DNA from: Mobula hypostoma
Taxonomy: Eukaryota
Reading direction: 5' to 3'
Assembly: GCF_963921235.1 (NCBI RefSeq)
Contig: NC_086097.1
Location: forward strand, 101,558,001-101,622,000
Length of the DNA stretch: 64,000 bases
Under the pieces are notes generated by a model. That model made no database searches. It was given only the letters and a program-made list of their open reading frames with translations, and had not been told where the DNA came from. Numbering within the stretch: the stretch's first letter is position 1; every line of letters starts with the position of its first letter. Below, one piece after another: positions 26,041 through 38,548 of the stretch. The translations under genes and the position numbers were made by a program.

Positions 26041-28064
26041 ATGCAGCCCATTTCTTTGGATGATTAAGACCAGCTTTTATTTTTCTCCCTCAGAATCCTT
26101 TGGGAGATCAAAGTGTATAGTTTCCCATTTTCGTTATGGAAATCTGCAGATGACTTCATTCTAATCCTGACTGGCATTAATCCAATGAACTGACACTTCA
26201 GTTTCTGCAGTAAGGCAACTGAATTAACAAAATAGCAGTGGAAAAGTTGGAGGCTGCTTCCAAACTGGAATACAGTTGTGATTGAAATTTTTTATAACTG
26301 CAAGAATATAGTCAGTTCCCAGTCGTCTGCTGATAGCAGGATCTTGAAGCTGACCACGGTGGACCAGGGAGATCCCAAAGATACATGGTGTGACTGCTCA
26401 AACACACGGCCTGGCGAAAGCATGGCTGCTGCTCATCTCCCTCTCGTAAAATAACTTGCATCTGCTCAACCTGATTTTGGCCTCCCCATCACCAAAAGCT
26501 AGAGCTGCCAGCAGTTGTTACAGCAACCATCTTCCATACAACTTGTACAATTAAGTGTGTCAGTGAAGTAGAAAAAGGCAGAGTATGGAAAGAGAACTGA
26601 TCATCTAGCACTGCTGAATTATCATCACAACCCCATAGCCAGGTACAGTTCAACCACAGATTTTCTGGATAGGCATTTTGCCTACTTCCATTGTAATGGC
26701 TCTGGAAGAACTTTTTCTTCAGCCTGTCTACCAACTTAAGGGCAACAAAAGATGGGGAGTAGATGCCAGTCTTTATAATAATAATAATGATGCATTCCAA
26801 ACATGAGTAACAAGTTCAGAGCAAAGCCTCCAGTGTGTATTGAGTTGCTGCATTCATTGACTTCAATAGCTCGGTAGCATCTTTGTCCGAGTCTGGTTGT
26901 GAGCTCAAACCTCACTTCAGTACTAGGAGCTCCTAACCAGGAGCAAGGTTCCCAGCAATGCCCACAAGTCAAAGTTGAATTTATTGATGTGACAAGTATA
27001 CGTGTGCATACGGTTAGTGAAAAACTTACTTGTGGCAATATCACAGGCACATATCATCAGATAATCAGCAATCACAAGAACAACCTAAGTTAAACAAGAG
27101 TGTTTTATCTGTGGGATGCCATGTCAAAATACTGCCTGCATTCACTTTATTTGTACCAAATGGATCCTATTGTGGTATTCAGAAAAGAAGGGCATTCTTT
27201 GGTGTCCTGATAAATATTTCACCATCAAATGTACTTATTTTTCAAAACATTTAACATTTTCAAATAGCTGTTTATGAGAATTTACCAAATGTGTTCAAAT
27301 GTTGTGAAAGTTGCTATATAAATGTCTATGCAATAATTAGTTGCATGTGTTTCTTGAATTGGCTTGTGTCCTATAAACATTTGCTTTGCTGTTGTATCCT
27401 GTTCCAAGCCTGCCCCTCCCATTCCTCACTGGCTAGCTGTAGTCAGTAAAAAAATACATAAATCTCCTACTTGGCTTCTGTGAGGAGATTTTTCCTAATG
27501 TTCTTTTCTTTCTAAATCATTTTGGTGAAGTATTTTTTCTAAACTTCCAGCCTAGTATATGAAAGTATTTTTTATTTGTCCAGAATGACTTAATAGACCT
27601 CACTCGCACACTTGTAGATATGATTTCGTCTGCTAATTTGAAGGACTTGTTGAACGTACACATGTGCAGGAAACTCAAATGTAAGTTTCGCATTCAAAGT
27701 AATTGGAGAAATTTGCTGTTTACAGCTGGTGCCTTACCAGTCCCAGTGTTCACATGAATCCCATTTTACACCAATGTAGCTGATTCTTAACTGTCCTGTA
27801 GTTTAGAATGCTGACCGACATTAAACTACTCAAACGTCAAGTCAGCTACCACCACCAAGGAGTAAGGGGATGAAACATGTCAGGACAATCAATGCATCGT
27901 TTCATAAGATAAACCAGACAAATTCTGCTCCATGTAAGTCCTGGCACAAGGGAGTCTTAGTCATATTAAGGAAGTTAAAATCACCCATTATTTTCACTTC
28001 TTTCTGTGATCTTCATTTACATTATAATCACACACTCATCATTGAATGATGTTCTATTGGTTTG

Positions 28065-29900
28065 TAGAAGCTGGAAAGGGTACAGAAAAAATTCACGAGG
28101 ATGTTACTGAAACTGGAGGGCGTAAGTTTTAGTGAGAGCCTGGATAGGCTTGGGTCTTTTCTCCCTGGAGCACAGGAGTCTGAGGGATGAACTCGTAGAG
28201 GTACAATTTGTAAGATCATGAGCAGTGTAGGTAAGGTGGAAGGTCAAAGTTTTTTTTTCCCAGAGTAGGGAAATCTAAAGCCAGAGGGCTCAGACATAAG
28301 ATTGGATGCGAAAAATTTAAAAGGGACCTGAGGGGCAGGTTTTTCCACATGGGTTGATGAGTACCATATGAAATAAGCTGCCAAAGGGAAAGTGCAGAGG
28401 TGAGTACAATTTAGTTAGATACATGTATAGAAAAGTTTAGAGGATATGGTCCAAACACAGGCAAATGGGACTAGCTTGGTCATCTTGGTCAGTGCTCAAG
28501 TGCCTGTATCTGTGCTATATAACTCTTTGAATCTGTAATTTTACAGAAAGTCACAGACTAAGGCCAAAAGTTCCTCTTAGATGTTCTTGCAATCACAGTT
28601 ACAGTTATTGACAAATCATGGCAACCTCTCAATGGGCTCAAGATTTGCGAAAGAGGAAAATCTCTTTGATGGAATTTTGGAAGCCAGGGCTCTGAAGTTG
28701 CTTGTTCCTCTCAAACTTTATGCACTTAAGCAGAGGTCATCTGAGAGTAGGGAAGCTTCTCTCTAATTGAATTTTCCTTCCTCTGTTGTGGAGTGAAACT
28801 GCACACTTAAGTCCAAATGTGTCACACCAATGTTCTCTTCATTGAACCTACCAGTTACTGAAAGACCTGAATAGAGTAGACTGCTTCCATTAACCCAGCC
28901 AAATGTGAAATGTTGCTCTTTACATTTAACCTTGGTAGTATACTGTTAAGGGGAAGAGCCTAACAGTGTTGATGAGCAGAGGGATCCTGGGGTCCAAGTT
29001 CACAGCTCCCGGAAAGTGGCTACAGAGGTTGATAGGGTGACCTATGGCATGCTTGTCTTCATTAGTCAAGTCATTGAGTTCAAGAATCAAAAGGTTATGT
29101 TGCTGCTTTTTAAAACTCTAGTTAGGCCACTTCTCGAGTATTGCTTACAGTTCTGGTCATCCCGTTGGATGTCAAGATTTTGTAGAAGATGCAGAAGAGG
29201 TTTAACAGGATGCTGCCTGGATTAGAGGGCATATGCTACAACAAGAGATTGGACAAAGTTGTGTTGTTTTCTCTGGAGTGGTGGAGGCTGACTGGAGATC
29301 TGATAGGGGTTTATAAGATTATGAGAAGCATAATCTTATAAACAGAGTACAGTATCGGTTTCCCAGGGTTGAAATGTCTAAAACTACAGGTAATGCATTT
29401 AAGGTGAGAGGGGATAAGTTTAAAGAAGATGTGAGAGGCAAGTTTTTTGCACAGAGAGTGATGGGTGCCTGGAATGCACTACCTGGAGTGGTGTAGAGGC
29501 AGATCCGTTTGGGACTTTTAAGAGACATTTAAATAGATGCGTGAATGTGAAGAAAATGAAAGGATATGGGCATTGTGTAGGCAGTGGGGATTAGTTTAGT
29601 TGGCTATTTGATTAATTAGTTCAGCAGAACTTTGTGGGCTGAAAGGCCTGTTCCTGTACTATTCTATGTTCATTAGTAGGAGAGTCTAGGATCCAAGGAT
29701 GCAGCCTCAGTAAAGCTGAGATTTTCTACGGCCAGAAGGTGGTGAGAGCAATGGAGGTCAAAAAGGCAGAGATTATAAGGTTGTTGAGTGGTAAGTGGGT
29801 TAAGAGCTACTGGAAGAAGGCAGGAAGATGAGGTTTAAAAGAAATCATGATTGAACTGCTAACAGACTCTATGGGTCAAGCAGCCTGATTCTGCTTTATG
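28065..29900 (+). mobile_element. Cluster of three CR1 3' fragments (about 28065-28520, 28890-29675, 29675-29900)
   Basis: LERVQKKFTRML, LVRPLLEYCLQFWS and CR1 3' tails. Confidence 0.7.
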
Positions 29901-30078
29901 GTACTATTGTACAGCACAGGAACTGACTCTTTGGCTGACCATTGTTCGTCATTTCCATGACAGTAGACTGAGATCTTTATCATTTCATGTACAGCTTGAA
30001 ACTTCATTGACACAAAACATTGGTGAAATCTATTTTATTCTTGTTTTCGATTGTCCCTGCACCATCCCTGACCTGTAG

Positions 30079-30181
30079 ATATCGAGCAGATACTCAGACA
30101 TACCAACCCTACAACAAGGACTGGATCAAGGAGAAAATCTATGTCCTGCTGCGGAGACAAGCCCAGCAATCGGGAAAGTAA
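30079..30181 (+). CDS. ERH: Enhancer of rudimentary homolog, last coding exon
   Basis: ctgtag| acceptor, then (V)[39 protein letters not shown]+88+121+103 = 315 nt = 104 aa plus stop, the canonical ERH length. Confidence 0.97.
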
Positions 30182-30320
30182 GTGGAGCCCCACCCTGTGT
30201 CCAAATAAGCCAGTGCAGCTTATTATATGGAAAGCACATCTCAAATACATGCATAGCCAAGAACCCTCACTCTACAGGAGATTGAACAGTGCTACACTGC
30301 AACACGATATGCCTTTGGTG

Positions 30321-30326
30321 AATAAA
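30321..30326 (+). promoter_or_regulatory. Candidate proximal polyadenylation signal of ERH
   Basis: AATAAA 140 nt after the stop, followed by a T-rich tract. Confidence 0.45.
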
Positions 30327-30652
30327 AACTTTCTTTTGTACTGACTTGCAGTAGACATTAGTGGTTTTAAGCAGTTTTGAATTTTCATCGATGACCATTA
30401 CAAGCAGCACATAATGCTTTTCTCGGAGATTAGTTAGTGGATACCTCAAAGACCGTTTTGGATGGCTCATCTTAGAACGTAATACTACTGTGTTTTCAGT
30501 CCATGATGTGTTATTTTTTAAACAGTAAAGCACAGATCCCCATATTTCACATTTGCACTGTGGCATATTGGAAGAAGTGCATGAAATAATGTAGGTTGAA
30601 GAGTTCTGTATGCTGTGTAGTGTAATTTATGCAACTTTTGTAATCTTTAAGC

Positions 30653-30658
30653 AATAAA
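30653..30658 (+). promoter_or_regulatory. Candidate distal polyadenylation signal of ERH
   Basis: AATAAA at the end of an AT-rich non-repetitive 3'UTR, with upstream TGTA motifs and a GT-rich element (gtggtgtgtg) about 35 nt downstream. Confidence 0.65.
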
Positions 30659-32226
30659 ACTTGATGTTGTATCTTGACTCTATTGAGTTAGTGGTGTGTG
30701 ATGTCCCATACTTATACCAGTTCCTATTATATCCTGATGCAGGTTTTCAGCTGGAAACATTGATAATTCCTTTCCTCCAACAGATTGAGTGTTGCTTTAG
30801 ACGCCAGACTCTTATCTCCTATGCCTTTTGTGCCTCTTTCTCCCTCAGGTTGGTGCTTGAGTAACTTTTGGAGAAGTTTTTCAGTTTGCTTCAATTGTGG
30901 ATGAAATGTGGTTGAGGGAGAAGAGCCTGGAACAGACATTTCTTCACTTTCTTAAAGCTCAGCAAGCCACTTCCACACTAAGCCCCAATTAACCATATCC
31001 CCTTTGCTCAAAGTAGCTCTTAGCTAAGCAATATTTTTTGGATCAAAATTCTCCAACTTAGTTCTGAGTTCTTATGTGACCCGACCTTTCCCCACCACTG
31101 TAACCTCTGCTCTAAAATCTGGCTTCTTGAATTTAATTTACTCCAGCCTTCCTTTGGCTAACGTGGCCCAAGTCTAGGAATTCCTTCCTCAAACCTTGGC
31201 TTGTATTGAATTGTGTTATATTAAACATCAGGAATAATATAAAGTTACTGGGCTTCTCTAAGCTGGCAGCAAATCTTCACCTTGTGCTCTCGAAGTCTAG
31301 CTCTTTTCACTAAATCAATGAATCTCTCACAAATTTGCATCAGTACTTAATATTTCTTGTACCTTGGGTGTATGCCTGGGATTCAGGACAATACTCCAAG
31401 TTTTTCTTCAGAGTGGTGAAAATTATTGTTTTTTTACTGTTGAATTATGACTACATTTGAGTCGACTGGATACAAGGATCTCTAATGCTAGTAAGTCTGT
31501 TATCCATCACTATTCATCACCACAAGCTGACACAGACCTACTAATGTTACCCAATAGTAATCTGATATAACCAGGTCACAGAGTCATATAGCAGAGAAAC
31601 AGGCCCTCTTCTCCCATCAGGCCAAGTATTCGTCTATCGGATTACCATTTACCAGTCAGTGGCCTTGTATACCTTTGCAAATCAAGTACTCATGAAGATA
31701 CTTGAATGTCATCAGAGTCTGCCTTCACCCTCAAGAAGAAAGTTCTAACCACCCTCTGGGTGAAAGAATTCCTTCGCTCCCCTCCTTCTCCAATTTGAAA
31801 TCTGTGCCTTCTAGTTTTAGACACTGATATGGTGAAATGTTTTCTACTATTAATGTTACTCATAATTTTGTATTCTCTATCATTTTGGAAACTGTTGGGG
31901 GGAGGGGGAATGGTCTTTCAGAGGAGAGCAACCACAGCAGTCCAGTCTGCAGTACAACTAACTGTTGCACAGAGGGAGGGTGGAGACCCAATAGTTCGGG
32001 AGACAGACAGCAGATTCTGTGGTTGCAAAGACTGGTGTCTTTAAGTTCAGAATACCAAGTTTGAGGATGTCTCAGAGAAGTTGAAGAACATTCTTAAGGG
32101 TGAGGATGAGCAGTCAAGGGCCACTATCATTGGTATCATTTGCACAGTTAGAGAGAGGAATATGGCTCTGCAGAGTCAATATAGGACGTGAGGCAGAAGG
32201 TTAAAAAGCAGGATCTCGGATTGTTA

Positions 32227-33366
32227 AAAGTTCAAAGTAAAATTTATTATTAGAGTACATACATGTCACCACATACAACCCTGAGATTCTTTTTCTGCGG
32301 ACAAATCTATAAAACAGTAACTAAACAGGTGTAGTGCCTTGGTCCACATCTTTAAATGTTATGCTCATTTCATTTAGCAACTCTGTAAGAGCTGTTTGTT
32401 CTACATTCAGCCTGTTTGGGTTATTGTTGAAGATAAGGAATGTGTGCCATTCAATTAGTGGGAGGTTTTCTTTGGTGAGGGACAATAAGGTTGGTCTTGG
32501 GCTTTTGTTCATTGGGAGATGAAGAGAGAAGACGCTGGGGAGAACCAGTCGTAGGATACGACCCGGTGGGACGCTCATTTGTTCGAGATGGATTGTGAGC
32601 GACGCTTGGAAGGTGGTGTGTGCTTTTCCATTGACCGAGGGCCCAGCGCGTGAGTAACAGAGAAGTTCAAGATGAGCTCCAACTTATGCACATTTGCTGC
32701 TTCATTAGAATGGGCCCTTTTCTTTAGTTAGATTCATAAATATAATTCCTTTAATCGTATGCAGTGTACTGTATGTTATTTTACGGCATTAATTTATAAC
32801 AGGATAGTGAATGTCACAGCATCCACTCAAACGGGGTTCGGAGGGGGGATTGCCTGGGCCTCAATCTCACATGTCTGGCAGGGCTGGAGATTGTCTTCCC
32901 TACAGCTTGTCTTACTCAGCGAAGGAAACCAGAGTGTTTCACAGGATTGACGGATAACAAACTACAAATGCGGATATAAATAGTAATAAATAACAAGCAT
33001 GATAACGAGATGAAAAGAATCGTTAAGTGAGTGTGGTTATCTGCTTTTGTTCTAGAGCGGTAGTGACTGTTCTCAAACCTGGTGGTGTGAGTCCTGAGGC
33101 ATTTGTACCTTCCACCTGATGGTAGCAGTGAGAAAAGAGCATAGCCTGGGTGGTGGGGACCTATGGCAATGTTTCATGTAGATGCACTCAGTGGTTGGGA
33201 GATTTTTATCCATGATGTACTGAGCTGAATCCGTCCACTACCATTTGCTCTTGTTGACATTGAATGAGAGGTTGTTGTTATTACACCACTCAGCCAAATT
33301 TTCAATCTTGTTCCTGTATGCTGATTCATCACCACCTTTGATACACCCCACAACAGTGGTGTCATC
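32227..33366 (-). mobile_element. Rex1/Babar LINE 3' fragment, interrupted by a solo LTR
   Basis: aaagttcaaagtaaaatttatt tail; DDTTVVG and E.AY..KIENL.EWC.NNNLS.NV on the minus strand. Confidence 0.72.
32330..32941. mobile_element. Solo LTR, family B (612 bp)
   Basis: TG...CA termini and 4-bp TSD cagg (32326-32329 and 32942-32945). Removal restores the Rex/Babar tail. Confidence 0.78.
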
Positions 33367-34814
33367 TCTGTATTGCTCCCAGAGACAGTACCAGTCCAGC
33401 CATCAGCTATGGCAGGGCTTACGTTACATACTAGAACACGTTATGAAATGAAGTCAGGCAGCATCACTGACAACATGTTCTGAACTGAGGGGAATGTGTA
33501 TGTCACCACAGACCCTGACAGGCTCCAGTACATCTGATTCAGCAGTCACTGTTGCGGATGTAAAGTCAGTCCAGAAGGGTGAACCTGCAGAAAGCCTCAT
33601 GTCTGGATGGTATCCCTGGTCATTTGCTTAGATCCTGTGCAGATGAGCTGCAAGGGTATTTGCAGACATTTTTAACCTCTCTCCACTTCAGACTCTGGGT
33701 CCTTTCTGCTTTAAGAAAGCCATTAATATCCCAATATCCAAGGGAAACAAAACAGTCTGCCTTAATGACTACTGCTCAGTAGCTCTGACATCTACCATCA
33801 CTGCAATTCAGGAGAATGAGGGGAGACCTCATTGAAACCTATCAAATGTTGAAAGGCCTTGATATAGTGGATGTAGAGAAGACTAGACCATAAGGCATAG
33901 AAGCAGAATTAGGCCATTCAGCCCATTGAGTCTGCTGTACTAATCCATCCTGGCTGATCCCACTCAACCCCATATAGTTGCCTTTTCGCCATAACCTTTG
34001 ATACCCTGACCAATTAGGAAACTATCAATTTTCGCTTTAAGTATACCAATGGTCTTGACCTGCACAGCTGTCTGCAGCAGAACATTCCAGAGATTCACTA
34101 TTCTCTGGCTAAAAAAAATTCCACCTTACCTCTGTTCTAAAGGGTCGCCCGTCAATTTTGAGGCTATGCCTTCTAGTACTGGACCAACCCCACCATAGGA
34201 AACATCCTCTCCACATCCACCTTATCTAATCCTTTCAACATTTGGTAGGTTTCAATGAGATCTCCCCACATTTTTCTAAATTCCAGTGAGTACAGGCCCA
34301 AAGCTGCCAATGTTTCTCATGTTAACCCATTCATTCCCAGAATCATCCTGGTGAACCTCCTCTGGACTGTCTCCAATGATAACATATCCTTTCTGAGTAA
34401 GGTTCCCCAAAACCATTGACAGTACTCCGAGTGCGGCCTGGCGGTCTGACTAGTGTCAGCATTATCTCCTTGCTTTTATATTCTATTTCCCTTGAAATGA
34501 ACGCCAGCATTGCATTTGCCTTCTTTCCACTGACTCAATCTGAAATTAATCTTCTGGGAGTCCTGCATGAGGACTTCTATGTCCCTTTGTACCTCTGATA
34601 TTTGAATTTTCTCCACATTTAACTAATAGTCTGCACTATTCTTCCTTTTATCAAAATGCATTACCATACATGTCCCAACACTGTATTCCATCGGCCACTT
34701 TTTGCCCATTCTTCGAATTTGTCTAAGTCCTGCTGCAATCACATTGCTTCCTCAGCACTACCTACCGCTCCACCTATCTTCGTATCATCCGCAGACTTTG
34801 CCACAAAGCCACCA

Positions 34815-35371
34815 ATGCAGGAAGGCAGAGGAGGTGGAGTGGCGCCCTTGACTAGGGATGAAATCAGGGCGAGTATGAGAGACGATACAAGATCTACGAA
34901 GCAGAATGTTGAGTTCATCTGGGTAGAGATTAAGAATAGTAAAGGGAAAAAAATCACTGGTGAGAGTTGTCTATAGGCCACCTAATAAAAATATTGCAGT
35001 GGCAGCGGCGATTAACCAAGAAACAACTGAGGCTTGTAAGAACAGAACGGCAGTTGTCATGGGGGATTTTAACTTCCACATAGATTGGGTGAATCAGGTT
35101 GGTCAAGGAAATCTTGAGGAGGAATTCATAGAATGCATCCGTGATGGCTTTCTTCAGCAGCATGTTAGTGAACCTGCAAGGGAAAATGAAGTCTTAGATC
35201 TAGTCCTGTGCAATGAGGTAGATAAGATTAACGATCTTGTAGTCAGGGATCCTCTTGGAAAGACTGATCATAGTATGATTGAATTTCGCATTCAGATGAA
35301 GGATGAAATAGTTACATCCAAAACTAGTGTATTATGCTTGAACAAAGAAGACTACAACAGGATGAGGGAGG
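34815..35371 (+). mobile_element. CR1 endonuclease fragment, inverted relative to its neighbours
   Basis: EGRGGGVA, VYRPPN, MGDFN, LDLVLCN and LGKTDH. Confidence 0.85.
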
Positions 35372-35510
35372 ATTTCTATTCAAAAAGTTCAAAGGAACAC
35401 CTAAACAAGCCTAGTGCATTTTGGAAACATAGAAAATAGGTGCAGGAGTAGGCCATTCGGCCCTTCGAGCCTGCACCGCCATTTATTATGATCATGGCTG
35501 ATCATCCAAC

Positions 35511-38309
35511 TCAGAACCCCGCCCCAGCCTTCCCTCCATACCCCCTGATCCCCGTAGCCACAAGGGCCATATCTAACTCCCTCTTAAATATAGCCAATGA
35601 ACTGGCCTCAACTGTTTCCTGTGGCAGAGAATTCCACAGATTCACCACTCTCTGTGTGAAGAAGTTTTTCCTAATCTTGGTCCTAAAAGGCTTCCCCTTT
35701 ATCCTCAAACTGTGACTCCTCGTTCTGGACTTCCCCAACATCGGGAACAATCTTCCTGCATCTAGCCTGTCCAATCCCTTTAGGATTTTATACGTTTCAA
35801 TCAGATCCCCCCTCAATCTTCTAAATTCCAACGAGTACAAGCCCAGTTCATCCAGTCTTTCTTCATATGAAAGTCCTGCCATCCCGGGAATCAATCTGGT
35901 GAACCTTCTTTGTACTCCCTCTATGGCAAGGATGTCTTTCCTCAGATTAGGGGACCAAAACTGCACACAATACTCCAGGTGTGGTCTCACCAAGGCCTTG
36001 TACAACTGCAGTAGTAACTCCCTGCTCCTGTACTCGAATCCTTTCGCTATAAATGCCAGCATACCATTCGCCTTTTTCACCGCCTGCTGTACCTGCATGC
36101 CCACTTTCAATGACTGGTGTATAATGACACCCAGGTCTCGTTGCACCTCCCCTTTTCCTAATCTGCCACCATTCAGATAATAATCTGTTTTCCTATTTTT
36201 GCCACCAAAGTGGATAACTTCACATTTATCCACATTAAATTGCATCTGCCATGAATTTGCCCACTCACCCAACCTATCCAAGTCACCCTGCATCTTCTTA
36301 GCATCCTCCTCACAGCTAACACTGCCACCCAGCTTCGTGTCATCCGCAAACTTGGAGATGCTGCATTTAATTCCCTCATCCAAGTCATTAATATATATTG
36401 TAAACAACTGGGGTCCCAGCACTGAGCCTTGTGGTACCCCACTAGTCACCGCCTGCCATTCTGAAAAGGTCCCGTTTATTCCCACTCTTTGCTTCCTGTC
36501 TGCTAACCAATTCTCCATCCACATCAATACCTTACCCCCAATACCGTGTGCTTTAAGTTTGCACACTAATCTCCTGTGTGGGACCTTGTCAAAAGCCTTT
36601 TGAAAATCCAAATATACCACATCCACTGGTTCTCCCCTATCCACTCTACTAGTTACATCCTCAAAAAATTCTATGAGATTCGTCAGACATGATTTTCCTT
36701 TCACAAATCCATGCTGACTTTGTCCGATGATTTCACCACTTTCCAAATGTGCTGTTATCACATCTTTGATAACTGACTCCAGCAGTTTCCCCACCACCGA
36801 TGTTAGGCTAACCGGTCTATAATTCCCCGGTTTCTCTCTCCCTCCTTTTTTAAAAAGTGGGGTTACATTAGCCACTCTCCAATCCTCAGGAACTAGTCCA
36901 GAATCTAACGAGTTTTGAAAAATGATCACTAATGCATCCACTATTTCTTGGGCTACTTCCTTAAGCACTCTAGGATGCAGACCATCTGGCCCTGGGGATT
37001 TATCTGCCTTCAATCCCTTCAATTTACCTAACACCACTTCCCTACTAACATGTATTTCGCTCAGTTCCTCCATCTCACTGGACCCTCTGTCCCCTATTAT
37101 TTCTGGAAGATTATTTATGTCCTCCTTAGTGAAGACAGAACCAAAGTAATTATTCAATTGGTCTGCCATGTCCTTGCTCCCCATAATCAATTCACCTGTT
37201 TCTGTCTGTAGGGGACCTACATTTGTCTTTACCAGTCTTTTCCTTTTTACATATCTCTTAAAGCTTTTACAGTCATTTTTTATGTTCCCTGCCAGTTTTC
37301 TCTCATAATCTTTTTTCCCCTTCCTAATTAAGCCCTTTGTCCTCCTCTGCTGAACTCTGAATTTCTCCCAGTCCTCAGGTGAGCCACTTTTTCTGGCTAA
37401 TTTGTATGCTTCTTCTTTGGAATTGATACTATCCCTAATTTCTCTTGTCAGCCACGGGTGCACTACCTTCCTTGATTTATTCTTTTGCCAAACTGGGATG
37501 AACAATTGTTGTAGTTCATCCATGCAACCTTTAAATGCTTGCCATTGCATATCCACCGTCAATCCTTTAAGTGTCATTTGCCAGTCTATCTTAGCTAATT
37601 CACGTCTCATACCTTCAAAGTTACCCCTCTTTAAGTTCAGAACCTTTGTTTCTGAATTAACTATGTCACTCTCCATCTTAATGAAGAATTCCACCATATT
37701 ATGGTCACTCTTACCCAAGGGGCCTCTCACGACAAGATTGCTAATTAACCCTTCCTCATTGCTCAAAACCCAGTCCAGAATAGCCTGCTCTCTAGTTGGT
37801 TTCTCGACATGTTGGTTCAAAAAACCATCCCGCATACATTCCAAGAAATCCTCTTCCTCAGCACCTTTACCAATTTGGTTCACCCAATCTACATGTAGAT
37901 TGAAGTCACCCATTATAACTGCTGTTCCTTTATTGCACACATTTCTAATTTCCTGTTTAATACCATCTCCGACCTCACTACTACTGTTAGGTGGCCTGTA
38001 CACAACTCCCACCAGCGTTTTCTGCCCCTTAGTGTTACGCAGCTCTACCCATATCGATTCCACATCTTCCCGGCTTATGTCCTTCCTTTCTATTGCGTTA
38101 ATCTCTTCTTTAACCAGCAACGCCACCCCACCTCCCCTTCCTTCATGTCTATCCCTCCTGAATATTGAATATCCCTGAACGTTGAGCTCCCATCCTTGGT
38201 CACCCTGGAGCCATGTCTCTGTGATCCCAACTATATCATAATCATTAATAACAATCTGCACTTTCAATTCATCCACCTTATTACGAATGCTCCTTGCATT
38301 GACACACAA
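35511..38309 (-). CDS. CR1 ORF2: APE endonuclease plus reverse transcriptase, 932 codons, no AUG start
   Basis: NARS, ITETW, GGGVA, YRPP, GDFN and SDH (EN); NYRPVSLT, DFQKAFD, GVPQGSVLGP and FADD (RT). No stops or frameshifts. Confidence 0.95.
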   Translation of the reverse strand: MCVNARSIRNKVDELKVQIVINDYDIVGITETWLQGDQGWELNVQGYSIFRRDRHEGRGGGVALLVKEEINAIERKDISREDVESIWVELRNTKGQKTLVGVVYRPPNSSSEVGDGIKQEIRNVCNKGTAVIMGDFNLHVDWVNQIGKGAEEEDFLECMRDGFLNQHVEKPTREQAILDWVLSNEEGLISNLVVRGPLGKSDHNMVEFFIKMESDIVNSETKVLNLKRGNFEGMRRELAKIDWQMTLKGLTVDMQWQAFKGCMDELQQLFIPVWQKNKSRKVVHPWLTREIRDSINSKEEAYKLARKSGSPEDWEKFRVQQRRTKGLIRKGKKDYERKLAGNIKNDCKSFKRYVKRKRLVKTNVGPLQTETGELIMGSKDMADQLNNYFGSVFTKEDINNLPEIIGDRGSSEMEELSEIHVSREVVLGKLKGLKADKSPGPDGLHPRVLKEVAQEIVDALVIIFQNSLDSGLVPEDWRVANVTPLFKKGGREKPGNYRPVSLTSVVGKLLESVIKDVITAHLESGEIIGQSQHGFVKGKSCLTNLIEFFEDVTSRVDRGEPVDVVYLDFQKAFDKVPHRRLVCKLKAHGIGGKVLMWMENWLADRKQRVGINGTFSEWQAVTSGVPQGSVLGPQLFTIYINDLDEGIKCSISKFADDTKLGGSVSCEEDAKKMQGDLDRLGEWANSWQMQFNVDKCEVIHFGGKNRKTDYYLNGGRLGKGEVQRDLGVIIHQSLKVGMQVQQAVKKANGMLAFIAKGFEYRSRELLLQLYKALVRPHLEYCVQFWSPNLRKDILAIEGVQRRFTRLIPGMAGLSYEERLDELGLYSLEFRRLRGDLIETYKILKGLDRLDAGRLFPMLGKSRTRSHSLRIKGKPFRTKIRKNFFTQRVVNLWNSLPQETVEASSLAIFKRELDMALVATGIRGYGGKAGAGF

Positions 38310-38548
38310 AGCCTTCAGGCGCTCTTTTACAACTCTCTTAGCCCTTATACAATTATGTTGAAAAGTGGCCCTTTATAATGCTTGCCCTGGATTTGTCGGC
38401 CTGCCACTTTTACTTTTCTCCTTAGTACTTTTTGCTTCTACCCTCACTTTACACCCCTCTGTCTCTCTGCACTGGTTCCCATCCCCCTGTTGTGAACTAA
38501 CCTCCTCTCGCCTAGCCTCTTTAATTTGATTCCCACCCCCCAACCATT

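Noticed and set aside
37402..38178. 258-aa plus-strand ORF and other antisense ORFs over the CR1
   Set aside because: Shadow ORFs opposite ORF2 with no recognisable domain.
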